Origin: Methanobacteriota archaeon
GTDB taxonomy: Archaea > Thermoplasmatota > Poseidoniia > Poseidoniales > Poseidoniaceae
DNA length: 62,634 nt
Direction: 5' to 3'
Assembly: GCA_018667575.1 (NCBI GenBank)
Contig: JABIUA010000017.1
Location: 1 to 62,634, forward strand
A program made the translations under genes and the position numbers. Below the pieces are notes generated by a model. The model made no database searches and was not told the origin of the DNA. It was given only the letters and a program-made list of their open reading frames with translations. Positions 26,387-36,269 of this stretch are shown piece by piece; the first letter of the stretch is position 1; every line of letters starts with the position of its first letter.

Positions 26387-27535
26387 ATGGTCAACTTTCA
26401 GTTAGATGAAATGCAAGAGATGTTGAAGGAACTTGCACATGAATTTTCAGTTGAAGAAGTTAGACCACACGCTGAACATTGGGATAATGAGGCCTTATAT
26501 CCAAAAGAAGCCATTATGAAAGCCCATGAGATGGGATTATTGAATTTACATATTCCTGAAGCATACGGTGGGCCTGGTTTAGGTTGTATGGAAGAGGTAC
26601 TTGTCAATGAGGAATTAGCATGGGGTGACCCTGGTTTTGCTACGGCCGCATATGCAACTTCTCTAGCCTGCGCTCCAATAATCACTGGTGGTACAGAAAG
26701 TCAGAAGCAGAAATGGCTCGGCATGGTGGCAAAAGAGGGTGCATTAGCATCTTATGCGGTTACTGAGCCTGGAGCAGGTTCAGATGTTGCAGCGTGCAAG
26801 ACTACGGCAATTAGAGATGGAGAGCATTACATCATCAATGGAGAAAAAATGTGGATTACCGGTGCGGGACATTCTGACTTCTTTTTCGTTCTAGCAAAAA
26901 CAGACCCTGATGCAGGTTATCGTGGAATGTCAGGATTCATTGTCGAAAAAGACGCTGAAGGTTTTTCTTTAGGTAAGAAAGAAACCAATATGGGGCAGAG
27001 ATGTTCAGATACTAGATCAATAGTTTTCGATAATGTAAGAGTTCCTGCTGACCAGTTAATTGGAGAAACAGAATCCGGAGGATGGATGAATGCAATGAGG
27101 GCATTTGACTTAAGCAGACCAAATATTGCTGCTCATGCAACCGGTTTATCGCGAGCATCCTACGAGCATGCTCTACAGTACTCAAATGAGAGAATGACTT
27201 TTGGAAAGCCTTTACACAAGCATCAAGCAATACAATTTATGCTTGCAGATATGAAAACTAAGATCGAAGCTTCTCGAATGCTGACTTGGTTATCCGCATC
27301 ACAATCTGATTCAGATATCAAAAATACAGAATCAGCTGCACATGCTAAGAGGTTCGCTGCAGATACTGCAATGGAGGTTTCAACAGATGCTGTTCAGGTG
27401 TTTGGAGGGTATGGGTACTCAGAAGAATATCCAGTTTCGAGATTAATGAGGGGTGCTAAGGTAATGCAGATTTATGAAGGCTCCTCGCAGGTACAGAGGA
27501 TGATTATTGGAAGAGAGATAACTAAGGATTTCTAA
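26387..27535 (+). CDS. Acyl-CoA dehydrogenase
   Basis: YAVTEPGAGSD, KMWITGAG, and a catalytic-base region IYEGSSQVQR that resembles medium-chain ACADs. Confidence 0.9.
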   Translation: MVNFQLDEMQEMLKELAHEFSVEEVRPHAEHWDNEALYPKEAIMKAHEMGLLNLHIPEAYGGPGLGCMEEVLVNEELAWGDPGFATAAYATSLACAPIITGGTESQKQKWLGMVAKEGALASYAVTEPGAGSDVAACKTTAIRDGEHYIINGEKMWITGAGHSDFFFVLAKTDPDAGYRGMSGFIVEKDAEGFSLGKKETNMGQRCSDTRSIVFDNVRVPADQLIGETESGGWMNAMRAFDLSRPNIAAHATGLSRASYEHALQYSNERMTFGKPLHKHQAIQFMLADMKTKIEASRMLTWLSASQSDSDIKNTESAAHAKRFAADTAMEVSTDAVQVFGGYGYSEEYPVSRLMRGAKVMQIYEGSSQVQRMIIGREITKDF

Positions 27536-28275
27536 TCTTTTTTCTCTTCATGGCGCTTGTCATCCTGTCTTTCCCAAGTATCAATGTAATCTTCAACATC
27601 GAGTAAGTCCTTGTTGTCTATTTCTTGTTTTGCTTCATGAAGTCTATTTTGCCAATCAGTCCACATTTGTTCATCAATGTCGGGAAGATCTAGGTATTGT
27701 TCGTCAAAATTATTGAAAGGGGGATTTTCGCAAACATAATTTTCCTGCTCCTCATTAATCTCTTCTCTTCTCCAATCATCTGGCTCCTGCTGATAGAAAT
27801 CTTCCATATTTTGCATATCAATTTCGGTCATTATTCCTTCTTCTTGAAAAACAATTACTTCTTGGAGAAAATTCCTTTTACAAACTAGAAATTGGGCCAA
27901 TAGAGGAACACTCATTGCTGTTCTTCTATCGTTTCTCAAGGATAGTGCTAAGGATGCTAGTCTGTCTCCGATAGGCATTTTCTTGCCATGTCCATTAGTA
28001 TTGATACAAATATCAGCATTGAACTTATTATTACGAATTATATCATTCTTATTAGCGGCTCCTCTAACTTCAATATGCCAAATTTCAGTATCAAATGGGC
28101 TCAAAATGGCCTCATCCTTTAATTTGGCATGGGCGTGATACCAACGTCTTGATTCACCATTTATTCTCATTGAAATGTAGTTTGGTAGGCTGAAGTTTAC
28201 ATTTAGCCAATTATTTTCTTTAGCGATATCTCTTAGTAACTCTATTGAACGACTTTCAGGGTCTTGTTTGGCCAT
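27532..28275 (-). CDS. Hypothetical protein with acidic Trp-rich C-terminal region
   Basis: 247 aa ORF convergent with the ACAD gene (4 nt overlap). No family recognised. Confidence 0.45.
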   Translation of the reverse strand: MAKQDPESRSIELLRDIAKENNWLNVNFSLPNYISMRINGESRRWYHAHAKLKDEAILSPFDTEIWHIEVRGAANKNDIIRNNKFNADICINTNGHGKKMPIGDRLASLALSLRNDRRTAMSVPLLAQFLVCKRNFLQEVIVFQEEGIMTEIDMQNMEDFYQQEPDDWRREEINEEQENYVCENPPFNNFDEQYLDLPDIDEQMWTDWQNRLHEAKQEIDNKDLLDVEDYIDTWERQDDKRHEEKKD

Positions 28276-28321
28276 ATAATTTCAGTTTTTCAACACTTTA
28301 TTAAGGATTAACGATAGACAA

Positions 28322-28939
28322 ATGAACCGGTCACTCCCTAATGTGATTATGGCCGCTAGTATTCCAGCAATTATCATTGCGGCGGGGCTAAGTAAAAGAT
28401 TAGGCCGTCCCAAGGCCTTTGTCGAAATTGCAGGTAAGACACTGCTGCAGCACTCTATTTCTAAACTACAATCATTAAATTGTAATCCAATTATCATAGT
28501 TACTAATCAAGACTGCTTATTTCAGGCCACTGTGGAATCGAATGGTGCCAAAGTTTGTTTGAATAATAATCCGGATGACGGTAGGACTGGGACAATTCAG
28601 ATCGGTTTATCTGACTTAATCGATGAGATGGGTAGAATGCCTAGAAAGTTGATTTTAGCTCCTGTGGATAGGCCCGGTTGGAAGTCAGAAAGTATAGTCA
28701 AATTATTCGAATCAAACACCAGTTCTTGCCTATCTTCAAATGGCACTAGTGGCCACCCTGTAGTCCTAGTAAACAATGACTTACACAAAATTTTGATGGC
28801 TGATAAAACCACACCGCTTAGAGATATCATTTCCTTTGAAAAAGTTCTAGTCGATGAACCATTACTCGGGCTGAATATTGATACAGAAGAAGACTTAGAA
28901 TTACTCCAATCACATTCAGAATTCTTTGAAGCGCTTTAA
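28322..28939 (+). CDS. MobA-like NTP transferase (molybdenum cofactor cytidylyl/guanylyltransferase, MocA-like)
   Basis: IIIAAGLSKRLGRPKAFVEIAGKTLLQH nucleotide-binding motif. 205 aa. Confidence 0.7.
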   Translation: MNRSLPNVIMAASIPAIIIAAGLSKRLGRPKAFVEIAGKTLLQHSISKLQSLNCNPIIIVTNQDCLFQATVESNGAKVCLNNNPDDGRTGTIQIGLSDLIDEMGRMPRKLILAPVDRPGWKSESIVKLFESNTSSCLSSNGTSGHPVVLVNNDLHKILMADKTTPLRDIISFEKVLVDEPLLGLNIDTEEDLELLQSHSEFFEAL

Positions 28940-28976
28940 TCACAAAAAGTATGTGTGAAGAACTCTAGCCCTAACC

Positions 28977-29843
28977 ATGACAGCAACCGTTCTACGCTGG
29001 GCGCTAAAGTGTCTAGAGAGGCGTAAAGCGGTAGTCATAGCAACTGTGATTGAAACAACGGGTAGCGTTCCAGGTAAAGTAGGAGCCAGAATCGCTATGA
29101 GTGAATCAGGTAATGCTTGGGTTGGTACTGTTGGTGGAGCAGGCCTTGAGATGAAGGTACTAAATCGCTGTAGAGAATTAATTAATGATACTTCAAAACC
29201 CTATGGGGAGGTCAAAACCTTCGGACTTAACAAAGGGGCGAAGGGCTATGAAGTACAACCACTTGATTCATTATGCGGGGGCAAAGTTACTTTGTCTCTG
29301 GAGGTAATGATTCCGATGCCACACATTCTTTTAATCGGTGGAGGACACTGTGCTCAAGCTTTAGCACAGAGTATTGACTTACTCGGATGGACATTCTCAG
29401 TTCACGACACTCGCAAGGAATTTTGTAATAGCGAATTATATCCTTCAGCAGATAAATTATATCACTTGGAAGTTTCAGAATTCCTCAAATCAATTGAAGG
29501 TGAAGATGCCTCAGAGTTTTCAGATATTCTTTTGCTTGGCCATGATTGGAGTGAAGACCAAAATAGATTACTCGGTCTATTAGAACTGTATTCTAATCAG
29601 AATTTAGAATTAGACGGCTCCTTAGCGCCTCGAATAGGGGTGATTGGAAGCCGTTCGAAATGGCAAGAATTTGAAAAGCAAGGTCTCGCTAAAGGAATCA
29701 GTCAAGAAATCTTGGATAGTGTAATTTGCCCAATTGGTCTGAATATCGGCGCCCAATCTCCTGAGGAGATAGCAATAGCAGTACTTGCTCAAATAATGTC
29801 AAATTTCAAGAATATCGATCCTGACAAACCTAGTTGGAGATAA
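28977..29843 (+). CDS. XdhC/CoxI-family molybdoenzyme maturation protein
   Basis: ATVIETTGSVPGKVGARIAM N-terminal domain and Rossmann-like LIGGGHCAQALA. Confidence 0.75.
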   Translation: MTATVLRWALKCLERRKAVVIATVIETTGSVPGKVGARIAMSESGNAWVGTVGGAGLEMKVLNRCRELINDTSKPYGEVKTFGLNKGAKGYEVQPLDSLCGGKVTLSLEVMIPMPHILLIGGGHCAQALAQSIDLLGWTFSVHDTRKEFCNSELYPSADKLYHLEVSEFLKSIEGEDASEFSDILLLGHDWSEDQNRLLGLLELYSNQNLELDGSLAPRIGVIGSRSKWQEFEKQGLAKGISQEILDSVICPIGLNIGAQSPEEIAIAVLAQIMSNFKNIDPDKPSWR

Positions 29844-29844
29844 T

Positions 29845-30384
29845 TCATTTGAACACTTTACTTCTAAAGTAATCTAACTCTTCCACAGATTCAATGATAT
29901 CATCGAGAGCCAAATGTGCTCCTTTCTTAGGATACTTATCCACTTCAGGGTACCATCTTCTTGCTAATTCTTTGACGGTTGAAACATCAATCATCCGGTA
30001 GTGTAAATATTCTGCAACCAGAGGCATTTCTTTTTCCAAGAATCTTCTATCATTCCATACACTATTTCCACATAGAGGTGCAGTATTAGGGTCGACCCAT
30101 TCCTTCAAGAAATCAAGTGTCATATTTTCCGCTTCCGATAAATCCACCCCTTGTTCCCTAATTCTCTTTACCAGTCCACTATCGAAATGATGGGTAGTGT
30201 TCCACTCATCCATTCCTTCAATCAGAGATTCATCTACAGTTATTGCCACATTAGGCCCATGTGCAAGTATATTCAATTCACCGTCAGTAATAATTGTTGC
30301 AATCTCGATGATGGATTCCTTTTCAATATCCAATCCAGTCATCTCAAGGTCAATCCAAACCATACGCTGTTCCCTATCTGCCAT
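29845..30384 (-). CDS. orn: Oligoribonuclease (DEDDh 3'-5' exoribonuclease)
   Basis: Near-colinear with E. coli Orn over its full length: VWIDLEMTGLD..IIEIATIITD, CGNSV..DRRFL, DVSTVKELARRW, H..LDDIIESV. Confidence 0.9.
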   Translation of the reverse strand: MADREQRMVWIDLEMTGLDIEKESIIEIATIITDGELNILAHGPNVAITVDESLIEGMDEWNTTHHFDSGLVKRIREQGVDLSEAENMTLDFLKEWVDPNTAPLCGNSVWNDRRFLEKEMPLVAEYLHYRMIDVSTVKELARRWYPEVDKYPKKGAHLALDDIIESVEELDYFRSKVFK

Positions 30385-30454
30385 ATACTATCCAAATACT
30401 ATTGACATTTCAAATGGGCGTAGTGTTGATGTATTACCCCATAGAGGAGACATC

Positions 30455-31789
30455 ATGTCCGAGGTTTTGGAGGCTGAGTTGATGCCAGCGGCCAGTAATG
30501 CCAAAATGGCTATTGCTATTTCGATAGCACTTCTTATTTTAGGTGCCATTTTTGTTGTTCTAAGCAATAACGAAGAAGTCTCCCAAGAGGTTGAACAACA
30601 GTCCAGCATCGAGCAAGGTTGGCGTCCTTTTTCTGTTATTGCCCCAATCGATACAGGAATTAACGTTTATCATGACCACTTTAGAACCAATGAAACATAC
30701 CCAGACTGGTTACTTGACGAACTTGGGGTCAACAAAGTCTGTGATTTGACATTCAATGGTTCATGGCAAGAGCGATATGACGCAGATAGGTCATCTTGTT
30801 GGGATTCTTTGAACGCTTCAGATATTGTATATTTCCCTGGTACTAAGATTATCGGTGCATCTCCAGATGGAGACAGTGAGATATTAATTTTGGATGACCC
30901 AAGTGACGGTCACGGCTCTGCAGTGACCGGTGCTGTACTAAATGCTAATCCTAATGCAGTTATTTTCTTTGTCGAAGGTTTCAGTTCTGAAGCGGTTTTA
31001 GCCGCTGCTAACCAACCGCTTGTCGATGTGATAACAACATCCTTCGGCGCCATCGGTTCAATTCCTGTTCCAGGAATTGAAGATGCTACCAAGGTAGCGG
31101 TCACAGAGAAAAACAAGTTGCATACTGGGGCTGCAGATAATTCACCGTCCCCAGCAGTTCAAGACGCTACTGCAGGACCGCCTTGGTCTATTGGAATTGC
31201 AGGCTATGCTGAAGAAGGTGATGACCAAAAAGAGATTATGTCGGGTTCTTATCCAGATATTTCTGCAGATTGGACTCAAGTACTACCCAATCACGATGAT
31301 ATCGACGGTTATCATGAAACATCAGGTACATCCTTCGCAACTCCTCGAACTGCCGGCTTAATTTCGTTCGTACTAGAGAATTTGAGAGAAGAGTTTGGAG
31401 ATTCTGGCTCAGGTGCTTCTGGCGATAGAGATGGTTTTCTGGTTAATGGAAATAATATGACTATCTCAAATTCACAAGTTCGAGAAGCACTCAATCTTTC
31501 TGCTTGGTATCCAAACCTAGGCTGGGACCCTACTTCGGGAACTATGCCAATCTCTCCAGTTCTACCTTGTACACAAACCGGATGGGGATTGGTGAATCTA
31601 TCTAATGTTGAACCGATGATAAAGCATCTTAACGGGACTGAAAGTTTATCTCAGAGGGCGGCAGACGTAGTCGCTTGTATGCAGGTTAATCAAGATGCGA
31701 GAGAAGCATATTGGGGTGCTTACCCTAGTCTTGAAATAGCAAGTGAATATTCTGTTTTTGGGGCTGAAGGAACATTGATTAGGGATTAA
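30455..31789 (+). CDS. Membrane-anchored subtilisin-like serine protease (S8 family)
   Basis: Catalytic triad motifs IDTGINV (Asp), DGHGSAVTG (His) and SGTSFATPRTAG (Ser). N-terminal anchor IAISIALLILGAIFVVL. The track ORF from 30197 is an antisense read-through of orn, and the ATG at 30455 is the plausible start. Confidence 0.75.
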   Translation: MSEVLEAELMPAASNAKMAIAISIALLILGAIFVVLSNNEEVSQEVEQQSSIEQGWRPFSVIAPIDTGINVYHDHFRTNETYPDWLLDELGVNKVCDLTFNGSWQERYDADRSSCWDSLNASDIVYFPGTKIIGASPDGDSEILILDDPSDGHGSAVTGAVLNANPNAVIFFVEGFSSEAVLAAANQPLVDVITTSFGAIGSIPVPGIEDATKVAVTEKNKLHTGAADNSPSPAVQDATAGPPWSIGIAGYAEEGDDQKEIMSGSYPDISADWTQVLPNHDDIDGYHETSGTSFATPRTAGLISFVLENLREEFGDSGSGASGDRDGFLVNGNNMTISNSQVREALNLSAWYPNLGWDPTSGTMPISPVLPCTQTGWGLVNLSNVEPMIKHLNGTESLSQRAADVVACMQVNQDAREAYWGAYPSLEIASEYSVFGAEGTLIRD

Positions 31790-31866
31790 ATATCTCTTTT
31801 GAGTAATTTCACATTCTCACAATGGGTTGAAAAAGTGTTACACTTTGCAGTAGTTAAGGCGATACT

Positions 31867-33789
31867 ATGATATTCAATCGTGCAACAATGTCTGTTTTCT
31901 GTTTGACAATACTGGTTTTACCTATGCTTGCATTTGCAGCACCCGTTTCTGCTGTTGAAAATACAGATGAACCAGAAGGCTGGTGGGTAAACACCACGGT
32001 CGATAAAAATGGAAATGGGATTGGTGATATGGTTGAACTGCACAAAGATAATCCTATTTTCCTTGATGATGACAATACATTGCCACTGATAATAGACTTC
32101 GACCACACTCCTGGAGAGGAAGAAGTTGCTTTATTGGAAAAAGAAGTAAACTATCAGCATCAATGGACTTTAGAAGGTATAGATGCACTAGCAGGCAGAA
32201 TCCCATTGAACAAAATTTGGGATACATCTGAACTTCCAGGCGTAGTGATGATTGAACTCGATGGAATTCTAACCACTGTAAATGGTGATGCTGCAGCACT
32301 TCATGGTGTCGATTCGGTTTGGGCTGATACTGGATATGATGGTGCAGGTTCTACGGTCGCAATTATCGATACCGGTATAGACGGTTCTCACGTCGGATTA
32401 GATGACTTGGACGATGATAATTCAACAAATGATCCTAAAATTATAGGTTTTTATGACCCAGTAAATAATCCTGATAAGGTCAATGGAACAGAAGTTTTCC
32501 CATATGATGACCAAGGCCATGGTTCCCATTGTGCAGGTACTACTGCAGGAACAGGAGCACCAACATACGAGCACAAAGGGATGGCTCCTCAAGCATTCCT
32601 TGTAGGCGTTAAAGTGTTAGATTCCGAAGGCTCTGGGTCTTTTGCAACAGTTATGGCTGGAATGGAATGGACAGTCGAGAACCGTTACAAATTCAATATT
32701 AGAGCAGCCTCAATGAGTCTTGGAGGTCCTGGGGCAATCGAATGGACTTCTTCAGAAGAAGACAGTGTGAACCGATATGCAAACGAAATGATGGCAGCAG
32801 GTATTGCAATATTCATTGCCGCAGGAAATACCGCAGTGTCCGCTCAAATAGGTACGCCAGGTTCAGCAGAAGACGCAATCACTGTCGGAGCATTAGATAA
32901 GGATAGTACAATTGCAGAGTACTCAAGTCAGGGCCCAACAGAAGAAGGTAGAGTAAAGCCTAATATCGCTTATGTAGGGTCAAATGTAATGTCTGTAGCG
33001 TTCAATTCTGGTGATGGTTATACCGACATGTCTGGAACTTCTATGGCTACTCCTGGGGCAGCTGGAGTTGCTGCGTTAATGTATCAGGCTAATCCAGACT
33101 TAAGTCCGTTCGACATTCGTAATATCATGCAAGAGACCGCTACTTACCGTTGGTGCACTTACCCATTGAGCCCTGAACAAGTCGCCCTAATGGGTAACGA
33201 ACCTTGCCCTGAAGACCTTATACCAAAAAACCGTCAAAACAACGTATATGGGCATGGTGAAGTTCGAGCCCTTGATGCTGTATTTGAAGCGGCAGAGAGA
33301 GATTATGATTTTGATGATTCAATGGAATTAGGATTAACAACCGAAGTTGGAATGGATAATAGAATTCACATGTTACCTACTGATGGTTTAGAGTTTGAAA
33401 TTTCAGGTTCTAGTGCCAGTAGTGTACACACTGTTCAATGGCGCAGTAACCATCTCAGAGATGATTGGTCAAATCTCCACAGTTATGAGCATGGAAGTGA
33501 TACAGGAGAACTATCGGCAATCGATATTATTCATCAACTTGAACACCTTCCTGGAATCACTATTGAAGGAAATCATACTGTTTCCTTTAGGGCATTGAAG
33601 TATAATTCCACTGGAGAATATTCATCCTCGCCTTTGACATCGACCAATATCATGCTAATGGATACAGCAAGTGCTTTTGATGATTCAGGAGACTCTGAAG
33701 ATACACCTGGATTTACTTTGTTTGTAGCATCTGCTGCTATCGCAATGGCTGCATTCATCAGTACTCGTAAAGAAGAAACAGAAGAGTGA
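31867..33789 (+). CDS. Secreted subtilisin-like serine protease (S8) with PGF-CTERM anchor
   Basis: VAIIDTGID, HGSHCAGT and SGTSMATPGAAG motifs. Signal peptide. C-terminus DTPGFTLFVASAAIAMAAFISTRKEETEE. Confidence 0.85.
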   Translation: MIFNRATMSVFCLTILVLPMLAFAAPVSAVENTDEPEGWWVNTTVDKNGNGIGDMVELHKDNPIFLDDDNTLPLIIDFDHTPGEEEVALLEKEVNYQHQWTLEGIDALAGRIPLNKIWDTSELPGVVMIELDGILTTVNGDAAALHGVDSVWADTGYDGAGSTVAIIDTGIDGSHVGLDDLDDDNSTNDPKIIGFYDPVNNPDKVNGTEVFPYDDQGHGSHCAGTTAGTGAPTYEHKGMAPQAFLVGVKVLDSEGSGSFATVMAGMEWTVENRYKFNIRAASMSLGGPGAIEWTSSEEDSVNRYANEMMAAGIAIFIAAGNTAVSAQIGTPGSAEDAITVGALDKDSTIAEYSSQGPTEEGRVKPNIAYVGSNVMSVAFNSGDGYTDMSGTSMATPGAAGVAALMYQANPDLSPFDIRNIMQETATYRWCTYPLSPEQVALMGNEPCPEDLIPKNRQNNVYGHGEVRALDAVFEAAERDYDFDDSMELGLTTEVGMDNRIHMLPTDGLEFEISGSSASSVHTVQWRSNHLRDDWSNLHSYEHGSDTGELSAIDIIHQLEHLPGITIEGNHTVSFRALKYNSTGEYSSSPLTSTNIMLMDTASAFDDSGDSEDTPGFTLFVASAAIAMAAFISTRKEETEE

Positions 33790-34009
33790 TTAAAGAGCTT
33801 CAATAATCGCTTGACCTGTGCTATTATTCGTCCTTTATAATTCTAATAATTCGTATTCCACAAATGTAATTTTTCTAAATCAACAAAGTTATGCTAATGA
33901 CCTAGACTCTCCGGTTTGAGTCGAAGGACAGAGTATTTGGGATGGTAAAAAGTAGTTTTGATGTCGATGTAGGCGGTGTAATAATCAATGAGAACTGCAA
34001 CCGTCGAAC

Positions 34010-35599
34010 ATGGGATGGTTGAAAGACCCAAGCGGTAACAATCATCCTAGAATGGGATTTACTTACCGAATGATGCGTAGATTTACGCGTTCTTTGATGA
34101 GTGTCTGGTTCCGTGAATTAGATATTGTAGACAATGAAAATCTACCCCCTGAAGGTGGATTGATGTTCATCGCTTGGCATCCTAGCGGACTCATCGACCC
34201 AATGTTATTGCACGCTTCTCTACCGGGTAGATTATCGATGCTGGCTAAACACACCTTGTTTAAAATACCAATTTTAGGTAGGTTGATACGCTCAGCAGGT
34301 GGCTTACCAATTGAACGTTCAAGTGATAGTTCCAACAAGGAAGAATCACGCACTAAAAATGCAAAAATGGTATCTAGAGTTGGAAGTGAGATAGCCGGAG
34401 GGGGGCGTTTACTACTATTCCCAGAAGGGAAAACTCACGCTGATTCATCAGTATCACGGGCTCGTTCCGGTGCTGCTAGAATAATGCTTCATGCCATTAG
34501 AGAAGCAGTGAAAAAGGATGAACCAGTACCTAGAATAATCCCAGTCGGCCTTCATTATTCAAACTCCAATAAATTTAGAGAAAGAGGGGCTGTTATTTTG
34601 GAGCGACCAATGGAGTTGCCTCCTATACCACATATGGCGGAGGATATATCGACTCAAGACTTAGCAGACCGTGAGTGGATCAAAGAAGTAACCAATGCAA
34701 TAGACTCAGAACTGAATAGAGCCAGCCACTCTAAGACCTCGTGGGAAGACAGACATTTGATTTGGAAAGCAAGAAGTGTTGTTTATGCTGAAAGGATAAA
34801 ACAGAGTGGTAGTAAACTGAAAAAACCGAGTTATTCTGAATCAGTATATGGTGCAAGAAGGATGCGAGCGGGATGGGAATTCATTTCTAAAAATGAACCT
34901 GAAAAATCCGAATCTTTGGTATCAGATTCTATAGAACACTTTGCAGAACTAGATTCAATCGGTCTAACTCCTTTTGATGTTGCTGCAAAACCCGAGAAAC
35001 CATCTTTCTTGGGTTATATCAAAGCACTTTCCATTTGGATTTGGTCAGCTGCATGGATGTTGGGTTTAGTTACTTGGAGTGCTATAATCGGCAATGTGCC
35101 GCCTTACCAAGCAAATTACCTATTGATGTGGTATTTGAAAAAGGGTAAAATTTCGGAATCGATACTTGGTACAATGAAAATAATGTCTTCAATCATATTA
35201 TTTCCACTTTGGTGGGTCATCTCCTCCTTGTCTCTGACATGGCTCTTATTATCTAGTTCCAGTCCAGTATTCTCTTTGCTTAACATGCACTGGCTATTGG
35301 CTAGATTAACACTACTAAATCCGATTTTAGTATTCCTAATTTTACTTGTATGGTGGCCTATCTCAGGTAAAATGCATTTGAAACTATATGCTAGATTAGT
35401 CCAAAGTTGGAGGATGCTTAAGCGTTGGAGAATGTGGAGAAATGACAAGCATGATTGGTCTACACTTCAACAAAGACAGGATTCCATCGGTGAGCAGTTG
35501 ATCAATTTAGGTGATAGTTTGATACTTCCTGGTGATCCCGATTGGGTTGAACCTAATACAGGTTCAGATGATATTTTGAGTGTCAAATACAGGACTTGA
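34010..35599 (+). CDS. PlsC-family (lysophospholipid/glycerol-phosphate) acyltransferase with C-terminal multi-TM domain
   Basis: FIAWHPSGLIDP (an HX4D-like motif with one extra residue), LFPEGKTH, IIPVGLHY. The C-terminal ~190 aa contain 4-5 hydrophobic spans. Confidence 0.6.
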   Translation: MGWLKDPSGNNHPRMGFTYRMMRRFTRSLMSVWFRELDIVDNENLPPEGGLMFIAWHPSGLIDPMLLHASLPGRLSMLAKHTLFKIPILGRLIRSAGGLPIERSSDSSNKEESRTKNAKMVSRVGSEIAGGGRLLLFPEGKTHADSSVSRARSGAARIMLHAIREAVKKDEPVPRIIPVGLHYSNSNKFRERGAVILERPMELPPIPHMAEDISTQDLADREWIKEVTNAIDSELNRASHSKTSWEDRHLIWKARSVVYAERIKQSGSKLKKPSYSESVYGARRMRAGWEFISKNEPEKSESLVSDSIEHFAELDSIGLTPFDVAAKPEKPSFLGYIKALSIWIWSAAWMLGLVTWSAIIGNVPPYQANYLLMWYLKKGKISESILGTMKIMSSIILFPLWWVISSLSLTWLLLSSSSPVFSLLNMHWLLARLTLLNPILVFLILLVWWPISGKMHLKLYARLVQSWRMLKRWRMWRNDKHDWSTLQQRQDSIGEQLINLGDSLILPGDPDWVEPNTGSDDILSVKYRT

Positions 35600-35662
35600 A
35601 AATGTGCCAACTGAACCCTATATTGATATGCATCTTTCCCTACGTCGATATAGGCGAGGGCT

Positions 35663-36265
35663 ATGGTAGGCACTGAATATGTTTCAATGACCCCTAAAGC
35701 GGCTAAAGAAATTTGGTCTGCAAAGGTCAACGGTGAGTCTGTTGAAGAACTGATTACCTCTAATGCTATCCTACTTGATGTGTTGAGAGACCAAGTTGGA
35801 ACTCTTGGAGTCAAGAGGGGATGTGACTTGGGAACTTGCGGTTGCTGTACAGTTATTATCGACGGTGATGCTAGACTATCTTGCTTATGTCTTGCTGGTC
35901 AAGTATCAGATAGTGAAATCACAACAGTTGAAGGTCTTTCAGAAGGCGCTCACTTGGCTCCTATTCAAACATGTTTTGCAGAGCATGGAGGTTCACAGTG
36001 TGGTTTTTGTACTCCTGGGTTTTTACTCAGTGCCCAAGCATTACTGGAAGAAAACGACTCCCCCACCGATGAAGAAATTTCATGTGCCATTGAAGGTAAT
36101 TTGTGCCGTTGTACTGGATACCAACAAATCGTAGATTCAATAAAGGCTGCAGCAGAGATACATAGAGGTGAATCAGAACCTGTTCCGCCAGCAAGTAACC
36201 CTCATCCTAATCCACATCCCGATGGTCCTGAAGAACCATCAATGCCTCCAGGTCATGCAAGGTGA
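35663..36265 (+). CDS. [2Fe-2S]-binding small subunit of a xanthine dehydrogenase/CO dehydrogenase-family molybdoenzyme
   Basis: GCDLGTCGCCTV, CGFCTPGF and CRCTGYQ cluster motifs. Pro/His-rich tail NPHPNPHPDGPEEP. Confidence 0.9.
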   Translation: MVGTEYVSMTPKAAKEIWSAKVNGESVEELITSNAILLDVLRDQVGTLGVKRGCDLGTCGCCTVIIDGDARLSCLCLAGQVSDSEITTVEGLSEGAHLAPIQTCFAEHGGSQCGFCTPGFLLSAQALLEENDSPTDEEISCAIEGNLCRCTGYQQIVDSIKAAAEIHRGESEPVPPASNPHPNPHPDGPEEPSMPPGHAR

Positions 36266-36269
36266 TTTT

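Noticed and set aside
30197-30454. N-terminal 86 aa extension of the first subtilase ORF
   Set aside because: It runs antisense through most of the well-supported orn gene and has no signal or domain features. The in-frame ATG at 30455 gives a sensible N-terminal membrane anchor.
33790-34009. 220 nt intergenic gap after the PGF-CTERM subtilase, and the 180 nt gap at 41000-41183, examined for small RNA genes
   Set aside because: I recognised no tRNA-like cloverleaf, no box C/D (TGATGA...CTGA) pair in suitable spacing, and no strong hairpin. These are most simply terminator and promoter spacers.
36168-36269. Upstream extension of the Moco large-subunit ORF, and likewise 39032-39073 for the FAD subunit
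   Set aside because: These extensions overlap the 3' ends of the preceding subunit genes in another frame. ATGs placed at or just after the upstream stops (36270 and 39074) fit the usual coupled arrangement.
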